From: Polyangiaceae bacterium
GTDB taxonomy: Bacteria > Myxococcota_A > Polyangia > Polyangiales > Polyangiaceae
Assembly: GCA_965222375.1 (NCBI GenBank)
Contig: CBDCTZ010000015.1
Location: 704,001 to 768,000 of the forward strand
Direction: 5' to 3'
DNA length: 64,000 nt
Shown piece after piece: positions 26,780 through 36,374 of this stretch. The notes below the pieces were generated by a model, which did no database searches, had not been told where the DNA came from, and worked only from the letters and a program-made list of their open reading frames with translations. The stretch's first letter is position 1. Each line of letters starts with the position of its first letter. The position numbers and the translations under genes are program-made.

Positions 26780-29328
26780 CCTTCCAGATCCCCAAGCTGT
26801 CACTGGTCGTGCTGGTCGGCGTGTCGGGTTCCGGCAAGTCCACCTTCGCGCGCAAGCACTTCAAGCCGACCGAGGTCATCTCATCGGACTATTGTCGCGG
26901 GCTCGTCTCGGACAACGAAAACGACCAGGCGGCAACCAAGGACGCCTTCGAAGTGCTGCAACACATCGTGAGCAAGCGCCTGAGCCGCGGTTTGCTCACG
27001 GTCGTAGACGCGACCAACGTGCAGAAGGAGGCACGCAGACCACTCGTGGCGCTGGCACGCGAGCACCACTGTATTCCGGTCGCCATCGTGTTGGATATGC
27101 CGACGAAGCTGTGCGTGGCGCGCAACGAGTCGCGCCCGGACCGGAACTTCGGAGCGCGAGTGGTAGGCCAACAACAGAGCCGGCTGCGCGGCTCGCTGAA
27201 GACGCTCAAGCGTGAGGGTTTTCGTCACCGCTTCATCCTCTCGGGTCCGGAGGAGGTGGAGTCTGCCGCCTTCGAGCGGGTGCCGCTCTGGAACGACAAG
27301 CGCGAAGAGCGCGGCCCGTTCGACATCATCGGTGACGTCCACGGTTGCTTCAACGAGCTGTGCACTCTGCTCGAGAAGCTGGGCTACGCCGTCAGTCGGG
27401 ACGCTTCGGCACCCAGCGCAATGCCTCCGAGCGGTAGGCGGGCGGTATTCCTTGGAGACCTCGTGGACCGTGGACCCGCAACGCCTGCCGTACTGCGCCT
27501 CGCGATGAATATGGTTCGCTCGGGTCACGCCCTTTGTGTACCCGGCAATCACGACGTGAAGCTGATGCGCAAGTTGCGAGGCAAGAACGTCCAGCTCAAG
27601 CACGGGCTGGAGCGGTCCGTCGAACAGCTCGAGCCCGAGCCCGATGATTTCAAGGCCCAAGTAGCCGAGTTCATCGATGGTCTTGTCAGCCACTACGTGC
27701 TCGACGACGGCAACCTGGTCGTCGCGCACGCCGGCATGCGGGAGGCGCTGCAGGGCCGCGGTTCTGGCGGGGTGCGGGAGTTCGCTCTGTACGGCGAGTC
27801 GACCGGCGAGATCGACGACTTTGGCCTACCCGTTCGCTACAATTGGGCCGCCGACTACCGTGGTCAGACGATGGTCGTGTACGGACACACACCCGTACCC
27901 AACGCGGAGTGGGTCAACCGCACGATCTGCATCGACACGGGCTGCGTCTTCGGCGGATCTCTCACCGCGCTCCGGTATCCAGAACGCGAGCTGGTGGAGG
28001 TGGAGGCCGAGCGGATGTACTACGAGCCGTCTCGGCCTCTCGGCGCCGGGAAGAGCGTCACCGACAGCCGCGAGTACCACGATCTACTCGACATCGAGGA
28101 CGTGCGGGGCAAGCGCATCGTCAGCACACGCATCCACCACACCGTGACCATTCGCGAGCAGAACGCGACGGCCGCACTGGAGCTGATGGGTCGCTTCGCC
28201 GTGGACCCGCACTGGCTCATCTACCTGCCGCCAACCATGTCGCCGTCGGAAACCGCACCCGAGGGCGCGCTGCTGGAGCACCCGCGAGAAGCGTTCAGCT
28301 ATTTCCGTCGCAATGGAATCGAACGGGTCGTATGCGAGGAGAAGCACATGGGCTCGCGCGCCATTGTGGTGGTTTGTCGCGACGAAGAAGTTGCTCGGCG
28401 ACGCTTCGGCGCAGCCGACGGGCGTCAGGGGATTGTCTATACCCGAACAGGACGGCCCTTCTTCACAGATCAGTCGCTAGAGACCGACCTCTTGGACCGC
28501 CTCCGTGACGCAGCCACGGCCGCCGGGTTGTGGTCGACCTTGGCCACGGATTGGCTTTGCCTGGATGCGGAGTTGATGCCGTGGTCGGCAAAGGCACAGG
28601 AACTGCTCCGCGAGCAGTACGCTGCTGTGGGCTGCGCGGCGGGCAAGTCGCTCGCGGCGGCCAGCGAGGTGTTGGCCAAGGCGCGCACCCGGCTCGCTGG
28701 CGAGCAGGGCGAGTTTCTCGCTAGCGTGCAGGCTAGCATTGCCGAACGCGGTCAGGCTGCCGCTCGCTTCGTTGACGCTTACCGACGGTATTGCTGGCCC
28801 GTGTCGTCGCTCGACGACATCAAGCTAGCCCCGTTCCACCTCCTCGCCAGCGAAGGGCGCGTCCACGTAGACCGCGACCACGTTTGGCACATGGACACGC
28901 TCGCCAAACTCGCCGATGCCGATCCGATTCTGATGGCGACGCCGTACAAGGTGGTCGATCTGCCGGACGGCGAGCAGGAAGGCATCGCCTGGTGGGAATC
29001 TCTGACGGAACGCGGCGGCGAGGGAATGGTCGTAAAGCCCCTCGACTGGATGGTGCGCGGCAAGCGAGGCCTCGTGCAGCCCGCCATCAAGTGCCGCGGT
29101 CCAGAGTACCTCCGCATCATTTACGGTCCCGAGTACCTGCTCCCCGAGAACCTAGAGCGCCTCCGCCGACGGGGGCTCAACACCAAGCGCGCCCTCGCTC
29201 TTCGCGAGTTTGCCCTAGGAATCGAAGCGCTCCACCGTTTCGTCGAGAAGGAGCCGCTCTACCGGGTTCACGAGTGTGTTTTCGGCGTGCTTGCACTCGA
29301 GAGTGAGCCGGTGGATCCGAGGTTGTAG
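26776..29328 (+). CDS. pnkp: Polynucleotide kinase-phosphatase (Pnkp) with ligase domain
   Basis: P-loop GVSGSGKST, GDVHG/GDLVDRG/GNHD phosphoesterase motifs, EEKHMGSR and EGMVVKP ligase motifs, C-terminal ESEPVDPRL. Confidence 0.96.
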   Translation: MTFQIPKLSLVVLVGVSGSGKSTFARKHFKPTEVISSDYCRGLVSDNENDQAATKDAFEVLQHIVSKRLSRGLLTVVDATNVQKEARRPLVALAREHHCIPVAIVLDMPTKLCVARNESRPDRNFGARVVGQQQSRLRGSLKTLKREGFRHRFILSGPEEVESAAFERVPLWNDKREERGPFDIIGDVHGCFNELCTLLEKLGYAVSRDASAPSAMPPSGRRAVFLGDLVDRGPATPAVLRLAMNMVRSGHALCVPGNHDVKLMRKLRGKNVQLKHGLERSVEQLEPEPDDFKAQVAEFIDGLVSHYVLDDGNLVVAHAGMREALQGRGSGGVREFALYGESTGEIDDFGLPVRYNWAADYRGQTMVVYGHTPVPNAEWVNRTICIDTGCVFGGSLTALRYPERELVEVEAERMYYEPSRPLGAGKSVTDSREYHDLLDIEDVRGKRIVSTRIHHTVTIREQNATAALELMGRFAVDPHWLIYLPPTMSPSETAPEGALLEHPREAFSYFRRNGIERVVCEEKHMGSRAIVVVCRDEEVARRRFGAADGRQGIVYTRTGRPFFTDQSLETDLLDRLRDAATAAGLWSTLATDWLCLDAELMPWSAKAQELLREQYAAVGCAAGKSLAAASEVLAKARTRLAGEQGEFLASVQASIAERGQAAARFVDAYRRYCWPVSSLDDIKLAPFHLLASEGRVHVDRDHVWHMDTLAKLADADPILMATPYKVVDLPDGEQEGIAWWESLTERGGEGMVVKPLDWMVRGKRGLVQPAIKCRGPEYLRIIYGPEYLLPENLERLRRRGLNTKRALALREFALGIEALHRFVEKEPLYRVHECVFGVLALESEPVDPRL

Positions 29329-29695
29329 TGGGGCGTGCGTCGCAAGCGAGGCGGATGGGTTGCCCGCCGCCTCCTGGCGGCCACAATATCCAGATGCGCG
29401 CAGGCTTCTAGACCCACGCGAGTCGTGCGTGCTCGGAGGTTTGCACGGATATCGCGCGGTGGTGCACACACCCATCTCGCACGTGCTTCGGTGGTTGCTG
29501 ACGACCTGCGGAACGACCCGACGCCCGGCAGAGCGCGTGTGCGCCGAGCAGGCGGCGTTCGTTGGCCCAACCCGAGAGTAGTGGCCCACCCTGCCCCAGC
29601 GATGCGACCCAAACCCAACTTTCATCAACAAATGCCGTGAACAACCGTGATGCCGGAGCGCGTTGTCGCGTATGTGTCGCATTATGCCGATGCGC

Positions 29696-30769
29696 TCACT
29701 TTGCACACGGGTCCGGCGGCTCGGGAACATCGACGACGGCGCCGAGCTGGGCGCCAACGGCGTCGAACCCGATGCCGAGGCTGATCTCGTCGCAGGGCAT
29801 AGCTGGGTCGCCGTTTTTTCCACCCTCGGCCAAGTCTGTGGTCTGCCACGTTGTCGTCCCCAAACCATCAATGTTCGGATTGCCCTTGCAGTACATGCCC
29901 TCAGTCACGCGACCTGCGGCCTCGATGAGAATCGGGGCCAGCACCGCCGCTGGGACCGACCCGGCCAGTACTCCATCTGTTACGATGGCTGTGCTGCCCG
30001 TCGCGGAAACGCGCATCGTCATGATCGCGTTGCTAACGGGAATAGGGACGCGGACTTGATTGAGCATCACGACTAGCTCGAGCGTTCCTCGGAGCTTGCC
30101 GACCCAAAGTCCGTCAGCCACGTAGCTGTGCGAGAACGTGGCTCTCGCCAACCCCGTGGAGCTATCCACGCTCGACGCACGGATCGGCCAGACATCGGTG
30201 CCGTCGAACACCGGCATAGCGCCGAGGCTTGCGGAAGAGTACAGGCTGCCCGAGATCTCCAGCTGATTGCGGCTGTCGTCGAGGTTGTCGAGAGACACGA
30301 GCATCGTACTTCTGCCGTCCTCCACCGCTGCGTTTTGACTTCCGGTCACATAGCTTGCGCCGGTTTTCATGAGCGGCACGATGTTCTTTCCGAAGCTGTT
30401 GTCGATGCCGGCTACCCCGTCGACTCTGTTTGAGGCCGGTGTATTCGGCTGTACTTTGCAGTGGTTGGTTCCCAGTTTGGTTGAATGCAAGGTGTCTAGG
30501 TTGAATCCCAATTGATTCCAGGCGCCGAGATCCTCTTTCCCGTCCGGGTCAGCATCGCCCAGGTAGAAATGGCGAATAGCGAAGACCGTTGGCGTCGTGC
30601 CGGTTCCCTTCTGTCCGCCGTTCGGTGGCGGCGGCTGCACTCCGACTACAACTGGGTCGAGGATCGGGGGCTCTTGCTGTAGCGGCTTCCTCTGCGGCTC
30701 GCTTCCGCAGGCGACCAGTGCCAGGCTGAGCAGCGCGCTACACAGCGTTCGCAGGAATGGCGGCAACAC
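29696..30769 (-). CDS. Myxobacterial putative lipoprotein
   Basis: LSLALVAC lipobox and a GFNLD...DGVAGIDNSFG motif; start uncertain. Confidence 0.7.
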   Translation of the reverse strand: MLPPFLRTLCSALLSLALVACGSEPQRKPLQQEPPILDPVVVGVQPPPPNGGQKGTGTTPTVFAIRHFYLGDADPDGKEDLGAWNQLGFNLDTLHSTKLGTNHCKVQPNTPASNRVDGVAGIDNSFGKNIVPLMKTGASYVTGSQNAAVEDGRSTMLVSLDNLDDSRNQLEISGSLYSSASLGAMPVFDGTDVWPIRASSVDSSTGLARATFSHSYVADGLWVGKLRGTLELVVMLNQVRVPIPVSNAIMTMRVSATGSTAIVTDGVLAGSVPAAVLAPILIEAAGRVTEGMYCKGNPNIDGLGTTTWQTTDLAEGGKNGDPAMPCDEISLGIGFDAVGAQLGAVVDVPEPPDPCAK

Positions 30770-30809
30770 CTCACTAGTCTGACTGGCGTGCACCGTCGGG
30801 CAACTCGCG

Positions 30810-31286
30810 GTGCGCATACGTGTCGCATTGGTGTCGCGCATCGACGGCGGGCGTGCAGTGGGAGGCGGCATGAGTAGCGGCGGCACCAGTGGCACGGGCG
30901 GTACCAGCAACATCATTCCGACGAGCTGCGGGCAGGCACATGGCAGCGTGGGCTGCTGCGGATCCGACGGCGAAATCTACTATTGGGAGTGCGGCCAAGT
31001 CCAAGGCGGTCCTGGCTCTTGCGCTGGCAATCCGTGCGGATGGGACGCTGCTAACGGCTGGTACTCTTGCGGCGGGACAGGCTTCACCGGCTCCGATCCG
31101 TCAGGCAAATACAAGCGTGAGTGCGGCCTGCCGAATCCCGATCCTGCCGGTTGCACCGCGCCCGCCGGACCTTGCTGCGGGCACTGCGGAAGCCTCACGA
31201 CCCCCACAGGTTGCGCCTGCGATGCGAACTGTGTGCTGTTCGGCGACTGCTGCTCCGATGCATGTTCCGTTAGCGGCGCGTGCTGA
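30810..31286 (+). CDS. Cys-rich protein with somatomedin-B-like C-terminus, probably 5'-truncated
   Basis: Gly linker followed by CACDANCVLFGDCCSD; no signal peptide. Confidence 0.55.
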   Translation: MRIRVALVSRIDGGRAVGGGMSSGGTSGTGGTSNIIPTSCGQAHGSVGCCGSDGEIYYWECGQVQGGPGSCAGNPCGWDAANGWYSCGGTGFTGSDPSGKYKRECGLPNPDPAGCTAPAGPCCGHCGSLTTPTGCACDANCVLFGDCCSDACSVSGAC

Positions 31287-31316
31287 TAGTTGGTCCTTTG
31301 GCCCGCACGCCGCACC

Positions 31317-31790
31317 CTAACCCGCGTTCACCACGCGCATATTCCCCAGCGTTTCCTCCGTCGCCATGACCAAGCGCACGGTCAGGATGCTGCCTTCTGA
31401 GTCGCGGTCAATCTCGACGGGGAAGATGCCGTCACCCCAGCTCGTCATGAAGGCGCACATCTTGGCGTCGCCAATGGTAAGGGTGCCGGATTCGGTGGGG
31501 GCAGCGCGGACCTTTGCCATCATTTGGTGGTGATGCGAGTGCGGGCGGAAGTCGGTGGCGAAGCGGAGCTCTCCGGTCTCTCGGAGCTCTTCGACGGCGG
31601 TGCCGAGTTCTACGGCCTCTTCGACGGGGCGATCGAGCCAGCCGTACTGGCCCTCGCCCAGGTCTGGAGCCGCGCTGGCTGCGGCTGCTGTTGCGGCATC
31701 CCGGCCCCAGAACACGAAGTCCGCTTGGCCGTCGATGGGTGTTTCATGCTGCCAGGCGGAGAGGGAGTCGACGTCGACGATGGCTAGAGC
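31317..31790 (-). pseudogene. 3' fragment of a hypothetical protein (FMTSWGDGIFPV motif)
   Basis: Coding-like frame extends to ~31790 with no clear start; a degenerate partial copy lies at ~22863-22983. Confidence 0.55.
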
Positions 31791-32130
31791 TCCGACAGCG
31801 ATTCCGGTGGCGGTAGTGGCGGGAGCGCGGGTTCGTCTTCAGGCGATAGCGCCGGAAGTTCGGGTTCTGGCGGAACGGGCGGCTCGAGCGGCGCGGGCAC
31901 TGCGGGAAGTGGCGGCAAGGATGGCGGCGCGTGTCCGGAGTGCACGACGGACGGCGAGTGCGGCAACCCGGGCATACCCCAGCCAACTCTGTGCGTCGCA
32001 GGCACCTGCCGCCCCGCGCTCGGCGACGGGAAGCTTGGATCGCAGTGTTGGGGTGACAAGCAGTGCGAGGCAGGCACGTGCATGGGCGTTGCGCCGTGCG
32101 GTTGCGGTCAAGTCTGCGTCACAGACTCAC
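31790..32130 (+). pseudogene. Internal fragment of a Gly/Cys-rich lipoprotein cut by element copy 5
   Basis: Manual translation SDSDSGGGSGGSAG...CPECTTDGECG...CGQVCVTDS runs into the element; no start or stop of its own. Confidence 0.6.
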
Positions 32131-32287
32131 CAAATCAGCCGTCATTCCACCCTGAATGAAATAACTTGTTCGTGGATCCAGATCAGCCGTCATTCCACCC
32201 TGAATGAAATAACTTGTTCGTGGATCGGAGGTTACGCGAACTTTCCACGCCGTGTTTCGGCGCGAACGCTTTGGTCCGCCTAGACTC
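32131..32287 (+). mobile_element. 109-bp element copy 5 preceded by a 48-bp duplication of its left half
   Basis: 32131-32178 repeats the start of the full copy at 32179-32287. Confidence 0.82.
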
Positions 32288-32320
32288 ATTAGGCGCCGCA
32301 ACCTCATTGGGACAATCAGC

Positions 32321-32428
32321 CTGTAGGGAAAGGCCAACAGGATAGATTCGCCAACTATCGGTTCGAAGGCGTGCCACACTCGCTGATGCGGCGGATAGCG
32401 TGATCGCGACGCCGGCACACGACTTGCT
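32321..32428 (+). promoter_or_regulatory. Palindromic upstream site plus sigma54-type promoter
   Basis: CTGTAGG-N6-CCAACAG at 32321-32340; CGGCACACGACTTGCT (GG-N10-GC) at 32413-32428. Confidence 0.65.
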
Positions 32429-32443
32429 ACACTAGTTGGAACT

Positions 32444-33859
32444 ATGGTTTTTCGAAGTGCTCGGTTGTTCGGTTGCCTCCTACTCACTCTCTGCAGCGCA
32501 TGCTCCTCCGACGACGGTGGTGACAAGCCGAACCCGGGGTCAACAGCCGACGCCGGAGATTCCGGAGCGGATGCCACGGCCCCGGATGACGCAGCCGCCG
32601 ATTCGGCGGTAGCCGACGCGGCGGGTGACACCGGCACCGGTACAACCTGCAAGGGTGTCACCTGTGGCCATTTCGGCAAATGCGTTGAAGTCGGCAGCGC
32701 CGCGACCTGCGAGTGCGACCCGGGGTTTCATGAGGAGAAGCTGCACTGCGTGTTGGATCCTTGCACGGGCTCCAAATGTCCGCGCACAGTGAAGGAGTGG
32801 CAGGCGCTCTATGACGCTGAGTGGACCAAGTCGCTGCCCTTCTACACGTCAACGTCGTCGGGACCGGAGACCGCGGGGCAACGGCGCTATTATGACTTTC
32901 GGGTCATCGATCCATCGCTCACGATGTTTCAGGTAACCGGTGATACCAAGTACCTTGACAGTCTCATCTGGTACGTTGATCGAGTTAAGTCAGAGGCCGT
33001 CAAATCGCCGACCGGTGACGGTTACTTCGACTGGCCGGTTCCCTTTAAGGGCAAACCTACCAATTTCCAACTCTACGATGGTCATGGCATGCGCAATCTC
33101 TTCAAGTTCCTTTGGGTACTGAAGAAGTACCCAAAGGTCCGCGCGCAGTCCAACTTCCAAGCTAAGTACGACGAATACCTCGCATGGTTTACGAAGAACC
33201 TGTGGGACAAGTGGGAATCACGGGGATGCACGAGCATCCTCCGAAGCAACTCCTGGATGTCCTCCCATATGAGCTCCAACATGGCTCTGTACCTCCACCT
33301 GCTGGAGGATGACGCCGCCAAGAAGGCGGAGTATTGGTCCTGGGTGCACGCCTGGAACGACGACACTAAGGGCAAATGCAATTCGCCAAGTTTGGAGCCT
33401 AAACTTGGGTTTCGGCAAAAAATCCGCGTCCACGCACCTCATGGCGGCTACGTGTGGCAAGGCGACTGGAATACGCCGACGGGCTTTGGGGATATTGGCC
33501 ACACCAACGCCGGCGTTCAATCCGTTATCAACCAATACCTCCAGGGCAAGGGCGCTTGGACGGCCGCAGATATCGCAAAGTTCACCAAAACCTTGAATGC
33601 ACTCTTGGACGCCAGCCCCGACGCCGACTACGCTAATCTTCCCTACGCGCTGGATGCGGTTTACAACTCCACCGATGATAACCGCCCCTTCATTACCTAC
33701 GGCTGGTCGATGTTGGGCAGGTTCAATCCGAAGCTAAACGCCCGGCTGAATGGCATGTCCACGGTGCAATTCAAGTCAAGCCGCTACTACAACGATTGGA
33801 TTAGCATCATGGCTTACAATACGGCCTTCCTCGCCGGGACGCTGGCCTACCCGGAGTAG
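32444..33859 (+). CDS. EGF-like lipoprotein with an aromatic-rich helical domain (paralog 1, divergent)
   Basis: CSAC lipobox, CECDPGF EGF-like motif, LWDKWE...SNSWMSSH motif shared with the paralogs. Confidence 0.8.
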   Translation: MVFRSARLFGCLLLTLCSACSSDDGGDKPNPGSTADAGDSGADATAPDDAAADSAVADAAGDTGTGTTCKGVTCGHFGKCVEVGSAATCECDPGFHEEKLHCVLDPCTGSKCPRTVKEWQALYDAEWTKSLPFYTSTSSGPETAGQRRYYDFRVIDPSLTMFQVTGDTKYLDSLIWYVDRVKSEAVKSPTGDGYFDWPVPFKGKPTNFQLYDGHGMRNLFKFLWVLKKYPKVRAQSNFQAKYDEYLAWFTKNLWDKWESRGCTSILRSNSWMSSHMSSNMALYLHLLEDDAAKKAEYWSWVHAWNDDTKGKCNSPSLEPKLGFRQKIRVHAPHGGYVWQGDWNTPTGFGDIGHTNAGVQSVINQYLQGKGAWTAADIAKFTKTLNALLDASPDADYANLPYALDAVYNSTDDNRPFITYGWSMLGRFNPKLNARLNGMSTVQFKSSRYYNDWISIMAYNTAFLAGTLAYPE

Positions 33860-33957
33860 GGAGTCCAGCCTTCGGTTGACGGTGCTCGGAGCAGGCGTTA
33901 CGTGGCCAAACCGCCCAAGGCGGTTGAGCTTCTAATGTCGCGCCACCGAGCGAGCCC

Positions 33958-34860
33958 GTGAGCCAAGATACCATCATCGTTTTCGCGATCCTGGCCGTCA
34001 CGGTCGCGCTCTTCGTCAGCGACCGCGTGCGGCTCGACGCCGTGGCGTTGATGTCGCTGTTGGCGCTCCTGCTCAGTGGCGTGCTCAGTCCCAAGGAGGG
34101 CCTTGAGGGCTTCTCGAATCCGATCGTGCTGATGATCGCCGGCCTGTTCGTTGTGGGCGGCGCGCTCAGCGCCACCGGTGTGGCCGATTGGTTGGGAGCC
34201 AAGCTAGGCGTGCTGGCTGGAACCAACGAGGCGCGCATGATCGTGGTTATCATGGTCGCGACGGCACTGATCTCGGCGTTCATGAGCTCGACGGGAACCG
34301 TCGCTGTGCTTCTGCCCGTGGTTGGTACCTTGGCTTACCGCGCACGGGTCAGCCCCTCTCGGTTGCTGATGCCGATGGCCTTTGCCTCGCTCTTGGGTGG
34401 TATGCTGACGTTGATTGGCACGCCGCCCAACGTTGTCGTGACCGATCAACTTCGCAGTCAAGGCGCGGAGCCCTTTCGCTTCTTCACGTTCACGCCGCCT
34501 GGGTTGATCCTGCTCGGCGTTGGCGTCGTTTTCATGGCTACCATCGGACGCCGGATGCTGCCGGGTGAGAGCAAAGCCGGCGACAGCGAAGACTCCGCCC
34601 CCGAAAGCGCCGTCATGCGGGACATTGTTCGGGAATACGCTCTGGGCGATCAGTTGCATCAGCTCGGGGTGCCAGCGGGATCCCCGGCGATCGGCAAGAC
34701 CCTGCGTGAATTGAATCTGCGATCGAAGTTGGAGTTAACCGTTGTTAGCATTCGGCGCCCGGGTGACGATAGGCCTTTCTCGGTGCCGGTGTTGCCGACA
34801 GTAGCGCTACGTAGCGGGGATGTGCTGATGGCGTCGGTGTGGGAGGCTACTTGCTCTTGA
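33958..34860 (+). pseudogene. SLC13/TrkA-C permease, 3'-truncated
   Basis: GFSNP, ISAFMSST and GGMLTLIGTPPN motifs plus one TrkA-C domain; the second membrane half is missing. Confidence 0.8.
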
Positions 34861-35048
34861 CTAGTGGCTCATCATCGACCAAGACCGCGAGGCGGCGAAT
34901 CATGACGCCCCGGAGCGGAACAAGCTGGCGGCGCGGCAAGGTCTTCAGTCCGCAATTCTAGGAGGCAGCTAGGGTTTGGACGGAGAACTGACGTCAGAAT
35001 CCGGAAGACGCTGCGGCGCCATGAGCTTCTTGGTATAGTTTTTGTTCT

Positions 35049-36260
35049 GTGCTTAGAACCTGGTTTGCAATCTGCAGTGCTGTCGTCGTCTTGAGCGGCG
35101 GTTGCCTGACCGAGTTTCCTGACGCAAAGAAGTCGAGTCCGTGTGAAGAGCTGGCCTGCGGCGCGGACAGCAGCTGCATCGAGTTCGCCGGCAAGGTGAG
35201 CTGCAGATGCAAGGGTAATGAGATCGAGTGCCTGCGCCCCGTACCGGAATGGCAGGCGCTGTTCGACGCCGAGTGGAACAAACGAGACGAGAACGACTGT
35301 CTAACCAGAGCCAAATCAAAGGGAACGGCGCAGGAGTATCACAATCTAGCTTTTTGTATCGACGGCCTCACTTCGATGTGGCGGGCCAGTGGCGAGGACC
35401 AATACCTTGATACCGCGTTGCAGTTGATCCAGTTCACCGTAGACGATGCTGAACTGGGCAGCGACGGTTTCCGTCGCTGGAAGGTGGCCAAGGACCCGAC
35501 GAGCGGCGGCATTCCTGTCACAGAGAGCCAATATTTTCGAATGGTAACAACGCTCCTACGGGTCATGTTCGAAAGTCCGGATGTGCGCGCCAAAAAGAAC
35601 TACGAAAAGCGCTACGCGGAGCTGCTCGAGTTTGCGGAGCGCCACATCTGGGACAAATGGGAGACGGATGGCTTGGGGAACCTATACCGATCGCGCACGC
35701 ATATGGCGAGCCATTGGGCGCGTATCGCCGTGGAGCTCTACCGCATTACTAATAAAGCCAAGTATCTAACGGTGTTCGAGAACATCTCCTACAAGACGAT
35801 GGTGGGATGGCCGTCCAATCTGCGCCAGCAGTTCTACGTCAACCCGAAGCTACCGGGAGCCTACACCTGGGCTCAAGTGTGGGGTGTCCTCGCCCCAACA
35901 GGGGACGAAGTGCAAGGCAGCTTCCTCGGAGGCACCGTGGTGTCTTTCGTGGAACTCTCGGCTGCGGGGAACAACTACTGGACTCAAGCGGATGTGAACG
36001 CGCTCAGCCTAACCTTAACAAGCGCCGTTTGGCCTCCAAAGCTCAACGGCGAGCATCATGCAAGAGTCAACGGAACCGAGAGAGTCGATTCGCCGGGCCA
36101 GCTCCACGAGTGGATGGTACTGGGGCGCCACAACGCCGCTCTTCAGAAACGCATCGAAACCGACTACGTGGGCGCGAATCTAAAGTCCTTGGGCACGCAG
36201 GCTCTCGGCATTGCCGCCCTCAACGCGAAAATACTTATCGATGGCAAACCGGTGCACTAG
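35049..36260 (+). CDS. EGF-like lipoprotein paralog 2
   Basis: LSGGC lipobox; IWDKWE..GLGNLYRSRTHMASHWAR; C-terminal ALNAKILIDGKP. Confidence 0.8.
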   Translation: MLRTWFAICSAVVVLSGGCLTEFPDAKKSSPCEELACGADSSCIEFAGKVSCRCKGNEIECLRPVPEWQALFDAEWNKRDENDCLTRAKSKGTAQEYHNLAFCIDGLTSMWRASGEDQYLDTALQLIQFTVDDAELGSDGFRRWKVAKDPTSGGIPVTESQYFRMVTTLLRVMFESPDVRAKKNYEKRYAELLEFAERHIWDKWETDGLGNLYRSRTHMASHWARIAVELYRITNKAKYLTVFENISYKTMVGWPSNLRQQFYVNPKLPGAYTWAQVWGVLAPTGDEVQGSFLGGTVVSFVELSAAGNNYWTQADVNALSLTLTSAVWPPKLNGEHHARVNGTERVDSPGQLHEWMVLGRHNAALQKRIETDYVGANLKSLGTQALGIAALNAKILIDGKPVH

Positions 36261-36264
36261 ATGA

Positions 36265-36361
36265 CTGTTGGGAAGAGCCAACAGGGAAAGCCCAACGAAA
36301 TGCCGTCGACGGCGCAACGAGCACCCCAAAACGCACTATATGGGGCGGCATAGAGATTGCT
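36265..36361 (+). promoter_or_regulatory. Palindromic upstream site plus sigma54-type promoter
   Basis: Perfect CTGTTGG-N6-CCAACAG at 36265-36284; CGGCATAGAGATTGCT at 36346-36361. Confidence 0.65.
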
Positions 36362-36374
36362 ACGCCTAAGAGTC

